DNA of 64,000 nt, from positions 64,001 through 128,000 of the forward strand of contig CAVXTP010000003.1 of NCBI GenBank assembly GCA_963764715.1, read 5' to 3'. Position numbers and translations under genes: made by a program. The notes under the pieces were generated by a model, which was not told where the DNA came from, made no database searches, and was given only the letters and a program-made list of their open reading frames with translations. The stretch comes from an uncultured Acidobacteriota bacterium (GTDB lineage Bacteria; Acidobacteriota; Thermoanaerobaculia; UBA5066; Gp7-AA6). Below are positions 27,010-36,685 of this stretch, piece by piece (positions within the stretch are counted from its first letter, which is position 1; each line of letters starts with the position of its first letter).

Positions 27010-28730
27010 GGCGTTACTCGCTCCGGCAGCTCGAAGAGGTAGATCGAATGCCCGACCCGGCCGACCGGCCTCGAGCGCGCGATGACGCGCTGCAGGCCGC
27101 GCTGCGCCTCGGCCATGGCTTCGTCGCCATGATACGCGGAAAACTCGGGGCCCGCCGTCAGCAGGAAGACCGAGATGGCGGCGAGCTTCCCCCGCACGAC
27201 CGGCAGCGCCGAGAAGTCGGGCACGCCCAGCCGGTACGAGACGTTGTCTCCCCCGAAGTAGGAGACCATCAGGTCCTCCCGCTTCACGCCGCGCCGGGAG
27301 AGCTCCGCCCGCAGGCGCCGCAGGTCGAGGCCCCAGTCGATGTTGGAGTCGGTCAGGATCCGCGCCCCGGCCTCCGGCCCGCCCGCGAGCGGGTTGAAGT
27401 AGGACAGCTCGAACGGGTGGATCCGCGCCACCTCGACGAGGCTCGCGAGCGGGAGCACGAGCCAGGCGGCCGCGGCGAGCCGGCGCCTCGGCGACTGCCC
27501 CCGGCGCGCCCACGTCCGCGCGAAGAGGGCGGCACCGAAGAGGGCGAGGAACGGGTACACCGGCAGGAGGTGCCGGATCCCGATGTTGTAGGTCGTCCCG
27601 ATCGACGCCAGGAAGAGGACGAGGACCGGCACGCCGAAGAGGCGCCACTCCTCGGAGAGACCCGGCCGCCGAAGGAGGGCGGCCCCGAGGACGGCGAGCG
27701 CCACGGCGAGGAACGCGAGCGTCGACTTCACGGCGAAGGCCACGAAGAAGTACTGCGGGAAGCCGTCGGTCGACAGCTTCCCGTCGAGGTACGTGATCCC
27801 GCCCCCGACCGCGTTCTGGCGCGCGACCGACGCGAGGCCCCCGACGTAGTGCGCGAGCGGCGCGGAAACGTCGGCGAACGACACGATGCGCTCCGCGAGC
27901 TCCGGCGCCTTCCCGAGCCCGCCGACCTTCTCGCGGATGATCGTCTTCTGGTCGGCGCGGTCCATCCCCGCCGTCACCGGGGCATAGACCGCGAGCACGA
28001 CGAGGAGGGCGCCGGCGCCCACCGCCGCGAGCCGGCCGAGACTCCCGAGGAGCCGCCGGCCGGAGCCTCCGCCCCGCCGGGCTTCGAGGAGCGTCTGGAG
28101 AAGGAGGATCGGCGCGAGGTAGACGGCCGAGAACTTCGTGGTCAGCGCGAGCCCGAGGCACACGGCGGCGAGCGCGACGCGCGCGGCCGAGGGTCGCTTC
28201 TCGGCGGCGTTCCAGGCGAGCACCGTCGCCAGAAACGCCAGCGCGGCGCCGAGGTCCGTGTGCACCACGCCGGCGTGCGCCAGCAGGTTCGGATCGAACG
28301 CCAGCAGCGCCACGGCGAAGAGCGCGGCCGCCGGGCCGTAGCGCGCCTTGCCCGCGAAGAAGACGAGCAGCAGCAGGACCGCCAGGACCCCCAGGAACGG
28401 CGCGCGCGCGGCCGCGATGATCCGGTCGGGAGGGACCCGGTTGCGGTAGAAGAAATCCGGACCGTAGTTGACGAAGAGGTTGCCCATCGGGATCTTCGCC
28501 GGCGGCGGCGCCAGGGGCAGCGCCGCGAGCGAGAGGCCCGCGAGCACCTTCATGAGCGGCGGGTGCTCGATGTTGACGATCGCCGACCGCTTCGCGACGG
28601 CGAAGTACCCCGAGAGGATGTGGATCGGCTCGTCGGCCGAGAGGGCGTCCTCCCGCGTGTGGTCGCGGACGAGGAAGACGGCGGCCCCCGCGAGGAGGAG
28701 CGCGCCGAGGAGGGCCGCGGGGGCTTTCAA
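27006..28730 (-). CDS. ArnT/PMT-like (GT83/GT39) GT-C membrane glycosyltransferase
   Basis: SADEPIH, NIEHPPLMK, FDPNLLAH..VHTD, ALTTKFSA, IGIRHLLP, SYFN, DSNIDWG; TTG start in a TTGA overlap. Confidence 0.78.
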   Translation of the reverse strand: MKAPAALLGALLLAGAAVFLVRDHTREDALSADEPIHILSGYFAVAKRSAIVNIEHPPLMKVLAGLSLAALPLAPPPAKIPMGNLFVNYGPDFFYRNRVPPDRIIAAARAPFLGVLAVLLLLVFFAGKARYGPAAALFAVALLAFDPNLLAHAGVVHTDLGAALAFLATVLAWNAAEKRPSAARVALAAVCLGLALTTKFSAVYLAPILLLQTLLEARRGGGSGRRLLGSLGRLAAVGAGALLVVLAVYAPVTAGMDRADQKTIIREKVGGLGKAPELAERIVSFADVSAPLAHYVGGLASVARQNAVGGGITYLDGKLSTDGFPQYFFVAFAVKSTLAFLAVALAVLGAALLRRPGLSEEWRLFGVPVLVLFLASIGTTYNIGIRHLLPVYPFLALFGAALFARTWARRGQSPRRRLAAAAWLVLPLASLVEVARIHPFELSYFNPLAGGPEAGARILTDSNIDWGLDLRRLRAELSRRGVKREDLMVSYFGGDNVSYRLGVPDFSALPVVRGKLAAISVFLLTAGPEFSAYHGDEAMAEAQRGLQRVIARSRPVGRVGHSIYLFELPERVTP

Positions 28731-29425
28731 CGCTTCGGGCCCGGCCCGAAACGGTGCCGGACGAGCGCCCCGAGCGCCGAGAAGCCGTCCTTCAGGCGGA
28801 TCTTCTTGCCCTCGGCCTGCGAGCGGCCGAAGTACGAGACCGGCACCTCGAAGATCCGGAACCCTCCCCGGGCCACCTTGGCCGTGATCTCGGCGTCGAC
28901 GCCGAAGCCCGGCGACTGGAGGTCGAGCGCCGGTACGACGCGGCGGTGAAACGCCTTGTAGCAGGTCGCCATGTCCGAGAGGTTCAGGCCCGTGACGACG
29001 TTGGAGATGAGCGTCAAAACGCGGTTGCCCTGCTGGTGCCAGAAGTTCTGGACGCGGTGCTCGGAGCTGCCGACGAAGCGCGAGCCGAAGACGACGTCCG
29101 CGCGGCCGGACTCGATCGGCTTGAGCAGTTGCGGATACTCGGCCGGGTCGTACTCGAGGTCGGCGTCCTGGATGATCAGGATCTCGCCCCGGGCGGCCTC
29201 GAGCGCCGTGCGGACGGCCCGGCCCTTGCCGAGGTTCTTCGGCTGCAGGATCACGCGGACCCCGGCGCGGCCGTCCCAGGCGCGGAGCTTCTCGCGGGTC
29301 CCGTCGGTCGAGCCGTCGTCCACGACGACGACTTCCTTCTCCGTCGGCTCGCTCGTGACGAGCCGGAGGATCTCGTCGATGGTCCGCTCTTCGTTGTAGA
29401 CGGGGATCAGGACGGAAAGCTTCAC
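28727..29425 (-). CDS. GT2 DPM1-like polyprenyl-phosphate glycosyltransferase
   Basis: KLSVLIPVYNEE, VDDGSTDGT, NLGKG, QDADLEYDP, GSRF, EVPVSY..R..GKKI; paralog of the GT2 domain at 25612-27009. Confidence 0.88.
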   Translation of the reverse strand: MKLSVLIPVYNEERTIDEILRLVTSEPTEKEVVVVDDGSTDGTREKLRAWDGRAGVRVILQPKNLGKGRAVRTALEAARGEILIIQDADLEYDPAEYPQLLKPIESGRADVVFGSRFVGSSEHRVQNFWHQQGNRVLTLISNVVTGLNLSDMATCYKAFHRRVVPALDLQSPGFGVDAEITAKVARGGFRIFEVPVSYFGRSQAEGKKIRLKDGFSALGALVRHRFGPGPKR

Positions 29426-29452
29426 GGCGCTCCCGGAATGATACGCGAGTCG

Positions 29453-29480
29453 GTAAGCAGTAAGCAGTAAGCAGTAAGCG
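29453..29480. repeat. Heptamer tandem repeat (GTAAGCA)x4 in a divergent promoter region
   Basis: GTAAGCA GTAAGCA GTAAGCA GTAAGCG read directly. Confidence 0.9.
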
Positions 29481-29504
29481 GGGGACGGTCTCATAATCGA
29501 GGGA

Positions 29505-31556
29505 ATGGCTCGACGAGTTCTTCTGGGGCTCGGGGTGTGCGCGGCGGTGGCGATGGGCGTCGCGCTGCGGCTGCATACGCGGGAGCAGGTCGCCGGAAGC
29601 GGGAGAATGCGGCCCTTCGACTCGGATTCGGCGTATCACCTGCGCCGGGCGCGCTTCGCCGCCGAACGCTTTCCGCGCACGATCCTCTTCGACCCGCTGA
29701 TGAATTTTCCCGACGGGGGCGTGCCGATCTGGCCGCCGCTCTACGACGTCGCGCTCGCCCTCCCGGCGCGGCTCGTGCACGGCGCGCGGGCGACCGACGA
29801 GCAGATCGCTCGCGCGGCCGCCTGGGTCCCGGTGACGCTCGCCGCCGGAACGATCGTTCTCGCCGCGCTCCTCGGCCGGCGCCTGCGGAGGCGGTCCGCC
29901 GCGGCCGCGCTCGCCGCCGCCGCATTCTTGGCGGTCTGCCCGGCGCACGTCCTCTGGACGCAGTACGGCCACACGGACCAGCACGCGGCCGAGTCCTTCG
30001 CCGGACTGCTGACGCTCCTCCTCTTTCTCCGCAGCCGCGAGCGGCCCGACGCCCCCGGCAACGCGGGCCGCGAGGCGTGGGCCGGCGTGGCCCTGGCGAT
30101 CGCGGTCCTGACGTGGCAGGGCGCGATCTACTGGGGCGCGATACTCGCGCTCGCCCTCTTCGTCGAGTCGATCCGGCGCAAAGCGAGCGTGCTCCGCGCC
30201 TGCCTGTGGACGCTGGGGCTCCCGGCCGCCCTGACCGCCGCGGCGACCGCGGCCTGGCTCGGCTGGGTTCGGCCTCCCCTGACGTACGTCTCCTTCGGGT
30301 TCTTCCAGCCGCTCTTCCTCGCCGCGCTCTGCGGCGGCACCGCGGCGCTCGCGCTCGCCGTCCGGAGTCTCCGGGGCCGGGCCTCGCGCGGCGAGATCTA
30401 CGGGACCCTCGCGCTCGTCGCGGCGGCGGCCGCGGCGACCCTCCCCTTCGCGGCGCCGCTTTCCGCCGGCGTCGCCAACGGGATCGGCTACGTCGCCGGC
30501 GCGACGCAGGAGGCGGCGGGACAGGGCGGCTACGTGTCGTATCCGAAGGACTGGCTCAAGGGCATCTTCGAGGCGCGCCCGCTCTTCGCCGACGGACCCG
30601 GCCTCGCCTGGCGGCAGCTTTCGGCGGCGTTCTTTCTTGCGCCCCTCGCCGTCCTCGTGTGGGGCGCGCGCGCCCTCCGCGGCGTCCGCCCCGGCGTGCA
30701 CGGCGCGCTCGCGATCTGGGGCGCCGTCACGCTCTTCCTCGCGGTTTCGCAGCGGCTCAACGTCTACTACGCCGCCCCGCTCGCGGCGCTCGCGCTGGTC
30801 GAGGCGGCCCGCTTCTCCGCCGCGCGGGTGCGCGGGCGGGGCCCGTCGCTCTCGGGGCTTCCCCGCCGGCTCGTCGCCGCCGCGGCGGGCCTCGTCCTGG
30901 CGCTGCCGATGGCGCCGGGCCTGAGAGAAGAGCTGGCAAGCACGCCGGTCCCGGGCTCGGACCTCTTCGAGACGCTCGACTGGATGCGCGCGAAGGTTCC
31001 CCACGCGATCGACGCCAGTGACCCCCGGCTTCTGGGCCCGCCGCCCTTCCCCGAGAGCCTCGGCCGCGCCTCCGCGGTGATGGCGCCGTGGTCGCTCGGG
31101 CACATGCTTCTTTACGGGGCCGGGCTCCCGGTCGTCGCGAACAACTTCGGCTACGGCTTTCTCGACTCGATCCGGTTCTTCCTCGCGCCGAGCGAGGAGG
31201 ACGCCCTGGCCATCGCCCGGCGCCACCGCGCGCGCTGGGTCGTGGCGACGGACCTCGTGCCGCGCATGAACGACTACGCCTCGTACCTCGGCAAACCGCC
31301 GCTCCTCGAGAACGGGCCGGAGGGGCCGGTCCCGACGGCCGCGTACTTCGGCACGATGCAGTCGCGGCTCTACGACTTCGAAGCGCGCGGCGGAAGCGTG
31401 CCGGGCCTCGAGATCGCCCCGCTGAAGCATTTCCGGCTGATCCACCGCTCGCAGAGCGCGATCCCCCGGGGAGGACGCTGGGTCGCGCGCTGGGCCGTCT
31501 ACGAGATCGTCGACGAGGCTCAGGGACCCGGCGCGGGAGGCGGCGCAGGCCCGTAG
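29505..31556 (+). CDS. STT3/AglB/PglB-like oligosaccharyltransferase (GT66-like, 683 aa)
   Basis: FDSDSAYHLRR, FDPLMNFPDG..IWPPLYD, GHTDQHAAE, IFEARPL (TIxE-like), QRLNVYYA, LDWMR, and MAPWSLGH..ANNF at the WWDYG position. Confidence 0.75.
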   Translation: MARRVLLGLGVCAAVAMGVALRLHTREQVAGSGRMRPFDSDSAYHLRRARFAAERFPRTILFDPLMNFPDGGVPIWPPLYDVALALPARLVHGARATDEQIARAAAWVPVTLAAGTIVLAALLGRRLRRRSAAAALAAAAFLAVCPAHVLWTQYGHTDQHAAESFAGLLTLLLFLRSRERPDAPGNAGREAWAGVALAIAVLTWQGAIYWGAILALALFVESIRRKASVLRACLWTLGLPAALTAAATAAWLGWVRPPLTYVSFGFFQPLFLAALCGGTAALALAVRSLRGRASRGEIYGTLALVAAAAAATLPFAAPLSAGVANGIGYVAGATQEAAGQGGYVSYPKDWLKGIFEARPLFADGPGLAWRQLSAAFFLAPLAVLVWGARALRGVRPGVHGALAIWGAVTLFLAVSQRLNVYYAAPLAALALVEAARFSAARVRGRGPSLSGLPRRLVAAAAGLVLALPMAPGLREELASTPVPGSDLFETLDWMRAKVPHAIDASDPRLLGPPPFPESLGRASAVMAPWSLGHMLLYGAGLPVVANNFGYGFLDSIRFFLAPSEEDALAIARRHRARWVVATDLVPRMNDYASYLGKPPLLENGPEGPVPTAAYFGTMQSRLYDFEARGGSVPGLEIAPLKHFRLIHRSQSAIPRGGRWVARWAVYEIVDEAQGPGAGGGAGP

Positions 31557-33161
31557 ACCCTCCACATCCCCATGGCCCGGCGCCGCTCTTCCGGCGTCGA
31601 GGCCTCGAGCGCGGTCGCGCGAAGCTCCTGCCGTCCCGGGTCCCGGCCCGAGAAGGCGCCGAGCGCCGCGGCCCGCCACAGGCGCCCCTCGTAGGAGAGC
31701 GCCGGCGGCCGCAGGAGCAGCGCGAGAAGCGGCGCCGCGCCGGCGAGGATTGCGACGGGAACCGCGGGCCGGACCGGCCGCGCCGCCCGCACGACGAGCG
31801 CGAAGGCGAAGAGCGCGACCGCCCACGGAAGGACGAGCGACGCCACGGCGCCGAGGCCGACCACCGTGCCGAGGCTCTGCGCCACCCAGCCGCGGGCGAG
31901 GAACCACGCCGAGGTCGTCACGGCCGGCCAGGCCTGGTCGGGCGAGAGGTGCGCGAAGGTCGAGGTCATGAGCGCGTGGGCGCCGACGGCGCAGACCGTG
32001 GCCGCGACGAAGAGGCCCCGCGAGAGCGCCGACTCCAGAGCCCGTCCCGCCGGAAGGGCGGCCAGGAGGACGGCGGGCAGCAGGTAGCGGCTCCCGAGCG
32101 ACCAGCCGCCGTGCCAGTTCGGATAGCCGGTCAGGGCGAGGGCGAAGAGGCCGGTCGCGGCGAGGACGAACGCGCAGTCGGCCCGGTCCTTCCCGGAGCG
32201 CCACCAGCGCAGGGCGCCGCCGATCGACCAGAGGAGAAACGGCGAGAAGAGCAGCACGCCCCGGGTCGGCCCGAGGAGGAGCTCGCTCGCGACGCGGCCG
32301 TTCGGGGCCCCCAGCCCGAAGACGCCGCGCCCCGCGAGCGCCGCGTAGGCGGGATCGGCTTCGCGCGCGGAGGAGAGCGTGAACGGCGAGCCGAAGCAGA
32401 CCGCGTCGTAGGCGAGGAGAAGCCCGAGCGGCACGGCCGCTCCGACGGCGAAGGCGGCGAGCCGCCGCCGGTCGGGCCGCGCGAGGGCGCGCACGGCCAG
32501 GACGAGGGCGATCGGGGCCACGGTGTACTCCGAGATCACCGCCCAGCCGGCGAAGAGCCCCGCGAGGCCGGCGGCCGCGGCGCCGCGCCGGGACCCGGCC
32601 TCTTCGCTCGCCCGCAGCCGGTCCCACGCGAGGAGGAGCAGCGCCGCGCTCCAGGCGTGCGCGAACAGGGACCGCGCGTAGAAGAGGTACGGGGTGCCGA
32701 AAGCGGCGGCGAGCGTCACGAGCGGCGACGCCGCCGGGTGGGCCCCGGAAGATCGGAGCCGGACGGCCAGGCGCCGCAGGGCCAGGATCGAGACGAGCGA
32801 GACCGTCAGAAGGCGGAGCGCCCACAGCAGCGGCCCGGCGGATGACGGGCGTCGGCGCCGGGAACACGAGGCGCAGCAGCCGGTAGGCCGGATACGCCGC
32901 GAAGGCGAGACCCGGCGCCTTGTTGGAGTAGAACCGCCCGCCCGAGACCGCCTTGTCTTCGTGGTCGCCGAGCGCGGCGACCGCCTGGTCGATCGAGAGC
33001 GTCTTCCACTCCGCCATCGAAACGACGGCCTGGAACCGCGAGAGCTCGTTGGGGTTCCAGAACGGCGGGAAGAGGCCCGTGAACCAGACGCACTGGAAGG
33101 CGAATGCGAAGAGGACCGCCGCCGTCGCCCGCCGCGCGCCCGCCTCCTGCGCGTCGATCAT
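31520..33161 (-). pseudogene. Polytopic membrane protein, probable GT-C glycosyltransferase, with one +1 frameshift near 32848
   Basis: NPNELSR..DKAVSGGRFYSNKAPG in one frame, continuing as PSSAGPLLWALR..GTPYLFYARSLFAH..WHGGWSLGSRYLLP after removing one base; span is 3n+1. Confidence 0.65.
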
Positions 33162-33189
33162 CCGTGGCTTCCACTGTACACTGACCGCG

Positions 33190-35604
33190 ATGCCGTCGCG
33201 CCGCGCGTCGCTCTCGAGCCTCGCGGTCGTCGTGCTCTTCTCCCTGCCCCTCCTGCCCGAGATCCTCGGCGACCGCCGGCTCGTCTTTCGCGACGCCCAG
33301 ATCACGCACTGGCCGTGGCGGCGCATCGCCGTCGCCTCGCTCGCGTCGGGCGAGGTGCCGTTCGTCAACGCCTCGGCCTCGGGCGGCCAGCCGCTCCTCG
33401 CCAATCCCAACGCGGTGCTGCTCTATCCGACGTTCCTTCTGGAGCGCGTGGCCTCGCCCGGCGTGGCGTTCAACCTGCACTACCTGCTCCACGTCGTGTG
33501 GGCGTTCTTCGGCGCGCGCCGCCTCGCCCGCGCGCTCGGCCTCGCCGAGGACGCCGCCTTCCTCTCCGGGGTCGTCTTCGCGTTCTCCGGGATGATGCTG
33601 TCCTACGGCTCGGCGTTCATGAACTCCATCGCCGCGGCCGCGTGGATGCCGTGGTGCGCGGCGGCCGTTCTCGCCCTGGCCGGGTCGCGCGGCCTCGCGG
33701 AGACCTCGCGCGCCGCCGCGGCGGCGGGGCTGGCGCTCGGCCTGCAGCTGCTGGCCGGCGAGCCCGCGATCTCCCTCCTCACGCTCGCGCTCGGCGGCGT
33801 CCTCGCGATCGGAAAGGCCCTGACGCGTCCCCGCGACGAGCGGGCGCGGGCGCTCGCGTCCCTGGCCGGCGGCGGAGCGGCGGCGGGCGCCCTCGCGCTC
33901 GCCCTGGCGGCGCCGCTCCTGCTGCCGCTGGCCGACGTCTTTCCGCTGACCTACCGCGGCCAGCACCTCTACTCCGAGCGTGCGTTCGGCGCGGCGGCCT
34001 TCACCCCGGCGCGGGCAATCGAGTGGCTGCTGCCGCGCTTCGGGGGCGACCCCGGGCTTCTCGGCGGCGGCGAGAACTGGCTCGCCTCCGTCGGCGAGCG
34101 CAGCCTCGTCTACATCTGGGCCGTGACCTTCGGCGTCGTGCCGCTGCTCCTCCTTCTCCTCGCGGCGGTCCGGAGGGAGTTCTGGGGCCGGGTCACGGCC
34201 CTGCTCGCGGCCGGGGGGATCCTGGGTCTCCTCCTCTCCTTCGGCTTTGCCCTGCCTTTCTACCGCCTCGTCTACGCGGTGACGTTCCTCCGGAAGCTGC
34301 GCTACCCGATCAAGTTCTACCTGCCAGCGACCCTCTGCGTCGCGCTCCTCGCGGGGCTGGCGGCGGCGGTCCTCGCGCGGCGGCGCCCGACGCGACGGGA
34401 CGGCGCCATCGTCGGCCTCCTGCTCGTGCTTCTGGCCTCGGCCTGGTGGCTCGCCTCGCCCGGCGGAGCCCTCGACCGCCGATCCGCGCCGGCCGTCGCG
34501 CAGATCTCCGACAACCCGGCGGCGTTTCTCGAGGCCTTCCGCTCGGCGGTCCGCGGCGACGTCCTCGTCGGCGCGCTCGTCATCCTCGCCGCGGCACTCG
34601 TGCTCCGCCGGGGCGGGCGCGAGCCGGGGTACCTGCTCGGGCTTCTCACGCTCCTCTCGGCGCTCGTCTGGGGGCTGCCCCTCTTCGTGGCCGCGAAGGA
34701 GAAGGACCTCGCCCGCCCGCCCGCACTGCTCGCGCGCATGGAGGGGCCCGGGCGCCTCCACGTCTCGGCCCGCCTGCCCCGGTTCGACATGGCGGCTCTC
34801 CCCGCCGATCCTCCGGGGGCGCTGCCGCGCTCCGAGAAGACCGCGCGCGTGATCCTGGAGGAGCTCGTGCCCGCGACCGCCTCCGAGTTCGGCGCGCGCT
34901 ACCTCTTCGAGAACGATCCGGACGGCTCCTACGGGTTCTACAACCGCCTCGCCAGCGAGGCCGCGGACGCGTCGACGCCGGAAGAGCGCGACCGCCTGCT
35001 CCGCCTCTACGGCGGGCGCTGGGCGCTCGCCGAGGAGGGCGAGGAGCACCCGCTCTTCCGGGCGACCACGGGGTTCGCGGTCGCGGGCCGGCGCCTCGTG
35101 CTGTTCGAGAATCCGGATCCGCTGCCGGAGCTCCGCTGGGCGGGGCGGGCCTGGCGACGACGCTCGCTCTCGGGCACGCTCGAGCTCGTCCGCTCGCCGC
35201 GCTTTTCTCCCGAGACCGACATCGCTTTTCCCGGGCCGCGCGACGAGGATCCGCCGGCGGCCCCGGCCTCCTCGGCGAAGCTCGAGGTCGCGTTCGCCAC
35301 CGCCGATCGCGCCGCCGCCGAGGTCGAGGCGGATGCTCCGGGCTACCTCCTCCTCTCGCGCACCTTCTTCCCGGCCTGGCGCGCCCGCCTCGACGGCGCC
35401 AGCGTCCCCGTCACCGTCGCCAACGCGCGGGACCTCGCGGTCGCAGTTCCGGCCGGGCGCCACCGGGTCGAGATCGAGTACGACCGCCGGCCGTTCCGGC
35501 GGGGCGTCGCGATCCAGGCGGCGGCGCTCCTCGCCGCGCTGGCGGTGGCGGCGGCCGCGCGCGCTACGGGGCCGAGCCCGGCGCCGCGATCTTCAGGTGC
35601 ATGA
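33190..35604 (+). CDS. YfhO-like GT-C membrane glycosyltransferase (copy 5, 804 aa)
   Basis: FRDAQITHWP..PFVNASASGGQPLLANPNAVLLYP, LRYPIKF, C-terminal LLLSRTFFPAWRARLDG..AVAVPAGRHRVEIEY. Confidence 0.78.
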   Translation: MPSRRASLSSLAVVVLFSLPLLPEILGDRRLVFRDAQITHWPWRRIAVASLASGEVPFVNASASGGQPLLANPNAVLLYPTFLLERVASPGVAFNLHYLLHVVWAFFGARRLARALGLAEDAAFLSGVVFAFSGMMLSYGSAFMNSIAAAAWMPWCAAAVLALAGSRGLAETSRAAAAAGLALGLQLLAGEPAISLLTLALGGVLAIGKALTRPRDERARALASLAGGGAAAGALALALAAPLLLPLADVFPLTYRGQHLYSERAFGAAAFTPARAIEWLLPRFGGDPGLLGGGENWLASVGERSLVYIWAVTFGVVPLLLLLLAAVRREFWGRVTALLAAGGILGLLLSFGFALPFYRLVYAVTFLRKLRYPIKFYLPATLCVALLAGLAAAVLARRRPTRRDGAIVGLLLVLLASAWWLASPGGALDRRSAPAVAQISDNPAAFLEAFRSAVRGDVLVGALVILAAALVLRRGGREPGYLLGLLTLLSALVWGLPLFVAAKEKDLARPPALLARMEGPGRLHVSARLPRFDMAALPADPPGALPRSEKTARVILEELVPATASEFGARYLFENDPDGSYGFYNRLASEAADASTPEERDRLLRLYGGRWALAEEGEEHPLFRATTGFAVAGRRLVLFENPDPLPELRWAGRAWRRRSLSGTLELVRSPRFSPETDIAFPGPRDEDPPAAPASSAKLEVAFATADRAAAEVEADAPGYLLLSRTFFPAWRARLDGASVPVTVANARDLAVAVPAGRHRVEIEYDRRPFRRGVAIQAAALLAALAVAAAARATGPSPAPRSSGA

Positions 35605-36685
35605 GCAGGCCCTGGTAGATGTCGGGCCGGCAGCCGTTCAGGGGGATCACGCCCCACGCGTAGTACACCGAGAGGGCGGCGAAGACCGGGAACATCCAGC
35701 GGAAGGCCCGCGTGTCGATGAGGTCGTGGTACCCGACGACGAGCGCGAAGGGCGCCATCGCGAGGAAGTAGCGGCTCCAGTCCTCCGTCGAGACCAGGAC
35801 GAGCAGGGCGAGCTCGAAGACGCAGTACCAGAAGAGGACCGGGAACCGGGTCCGCAGGCGCGAGGCGCCCACCGCGTAGACCAGGAACAGCAGGATGTGG
35901 AACTCGACCTGGTGGTACAGGCCCTTCGAGAAGAGGGTCGGCAGGAAGCCGAAGGGGCGCAGGGCCGCGACCTTCTCCCCGTGCGGAGCGAAGTAGGCGA
36001 AGAAGTTCCCGAAGCGCACCGCGCAGAAGACGAAGTAGCCGAAGAGCCCCGCCGGGATGAGCGCGAGCCAGGGCCACGCGCGCCACTTGCGCTCGCGGGC
36101 GAGGGCGACGGCGAAGGCCGGGGCGAGCATCAGGCCGGAGATCCGGGTCAGCGTCGCGAGGCCGGCGGCGAGCGAGGCGCGGCCGTACCGCGCCCTCTCG
36201 AAGAAGAAGACGGCCGAAAGCGTCAGGGCGATCGCCAGCGACTCGGTCGCGCCGGTCGAGCGATAGAGGAGCCAGCGGGGCGGGAGGAAGAGAAAGACGA
36301 GCGAGAGAAACTCCGGCGAGGGCAGCCTCCAGACGTCGCGGGCGAGGCGGTAGAAGAGAAGGACGGCGGCGACCGAGGCGAGCACCGACACCAGCAGGAG
36401 CGCCGCCTCGTACCCCGAAATCCAGGCCAGCGCCCGCACGGCGAGCGGGTAGAGTGGCAGGTGCGTCAGGAAGTACGTCGGCTCGTAGACGTACGCGAGC
36501 AGCGGGTTCCCGGGATCGACCGCGTAGAGCGTCTTCGCGACCGTCAGGTAGTTCGGCCCGTCCCAGAACCGGTAGACGGCGGACATGTCCGCCCGGAACG
36601 GCCAGTACACGAGGAAGGAGCCGGCGACGGAGGCGAGGGTGAGCCAGATCTCCGGCCGGACGCCGGGCCGCGGTTTCTCCGTCAC
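35564..36685 (-). CDS. PIG-V/mannosyltransferase-like GT-C membrane protein
   Basis: RFWDGPNYLTVA, PLYPLAVR, TESLAIAL, LATLTRISG, SRYFL motifs resembling PIG-V (GT76)-type enzymes. Confidence 0.6.
   Translation of the reverse strand: MTEKPRPGVRPEIWLTLASVAGSFLVYWPFRADMSAVYRFWDGPNYLTVAKTLYAVDPGNPLLAYVYEPTYFLTHLPLYPLAVRALAWISGYEAALLLVSVLASVAAVLLFYRLARDVWRLPSPEFLSLVFLFLPPRWLLYRSTGATESLAIALTLSAVFFFERARYGRASLAAGLATLTRISGLMLAPAFAVALARERKWRAWPWLALIPAGLFGYFVFCAVRFGNFFAYFAPHGEKVAALRPFGFLPTLFSKGLYHQVEFHILLFLVYAVGASRLRTRFPVLFWYCVFELALLVLVSTEDWSRYFLAMAPFALVVGYHDLIDTRAFRWMFPVFAALSVYYAWGVIPLNGCRPDIYQGLLMHLKIAAPGSAP

Noticed and set aside
27006-33410. 2134-aa ORF as a giant protein
   Set aside because: Stop-poor GC-rich frame joining the start of the frameshifted 31520-33161 gene, antisense shadow of the STT3-like gene, and the real ArnT-like gene (27006-28730).
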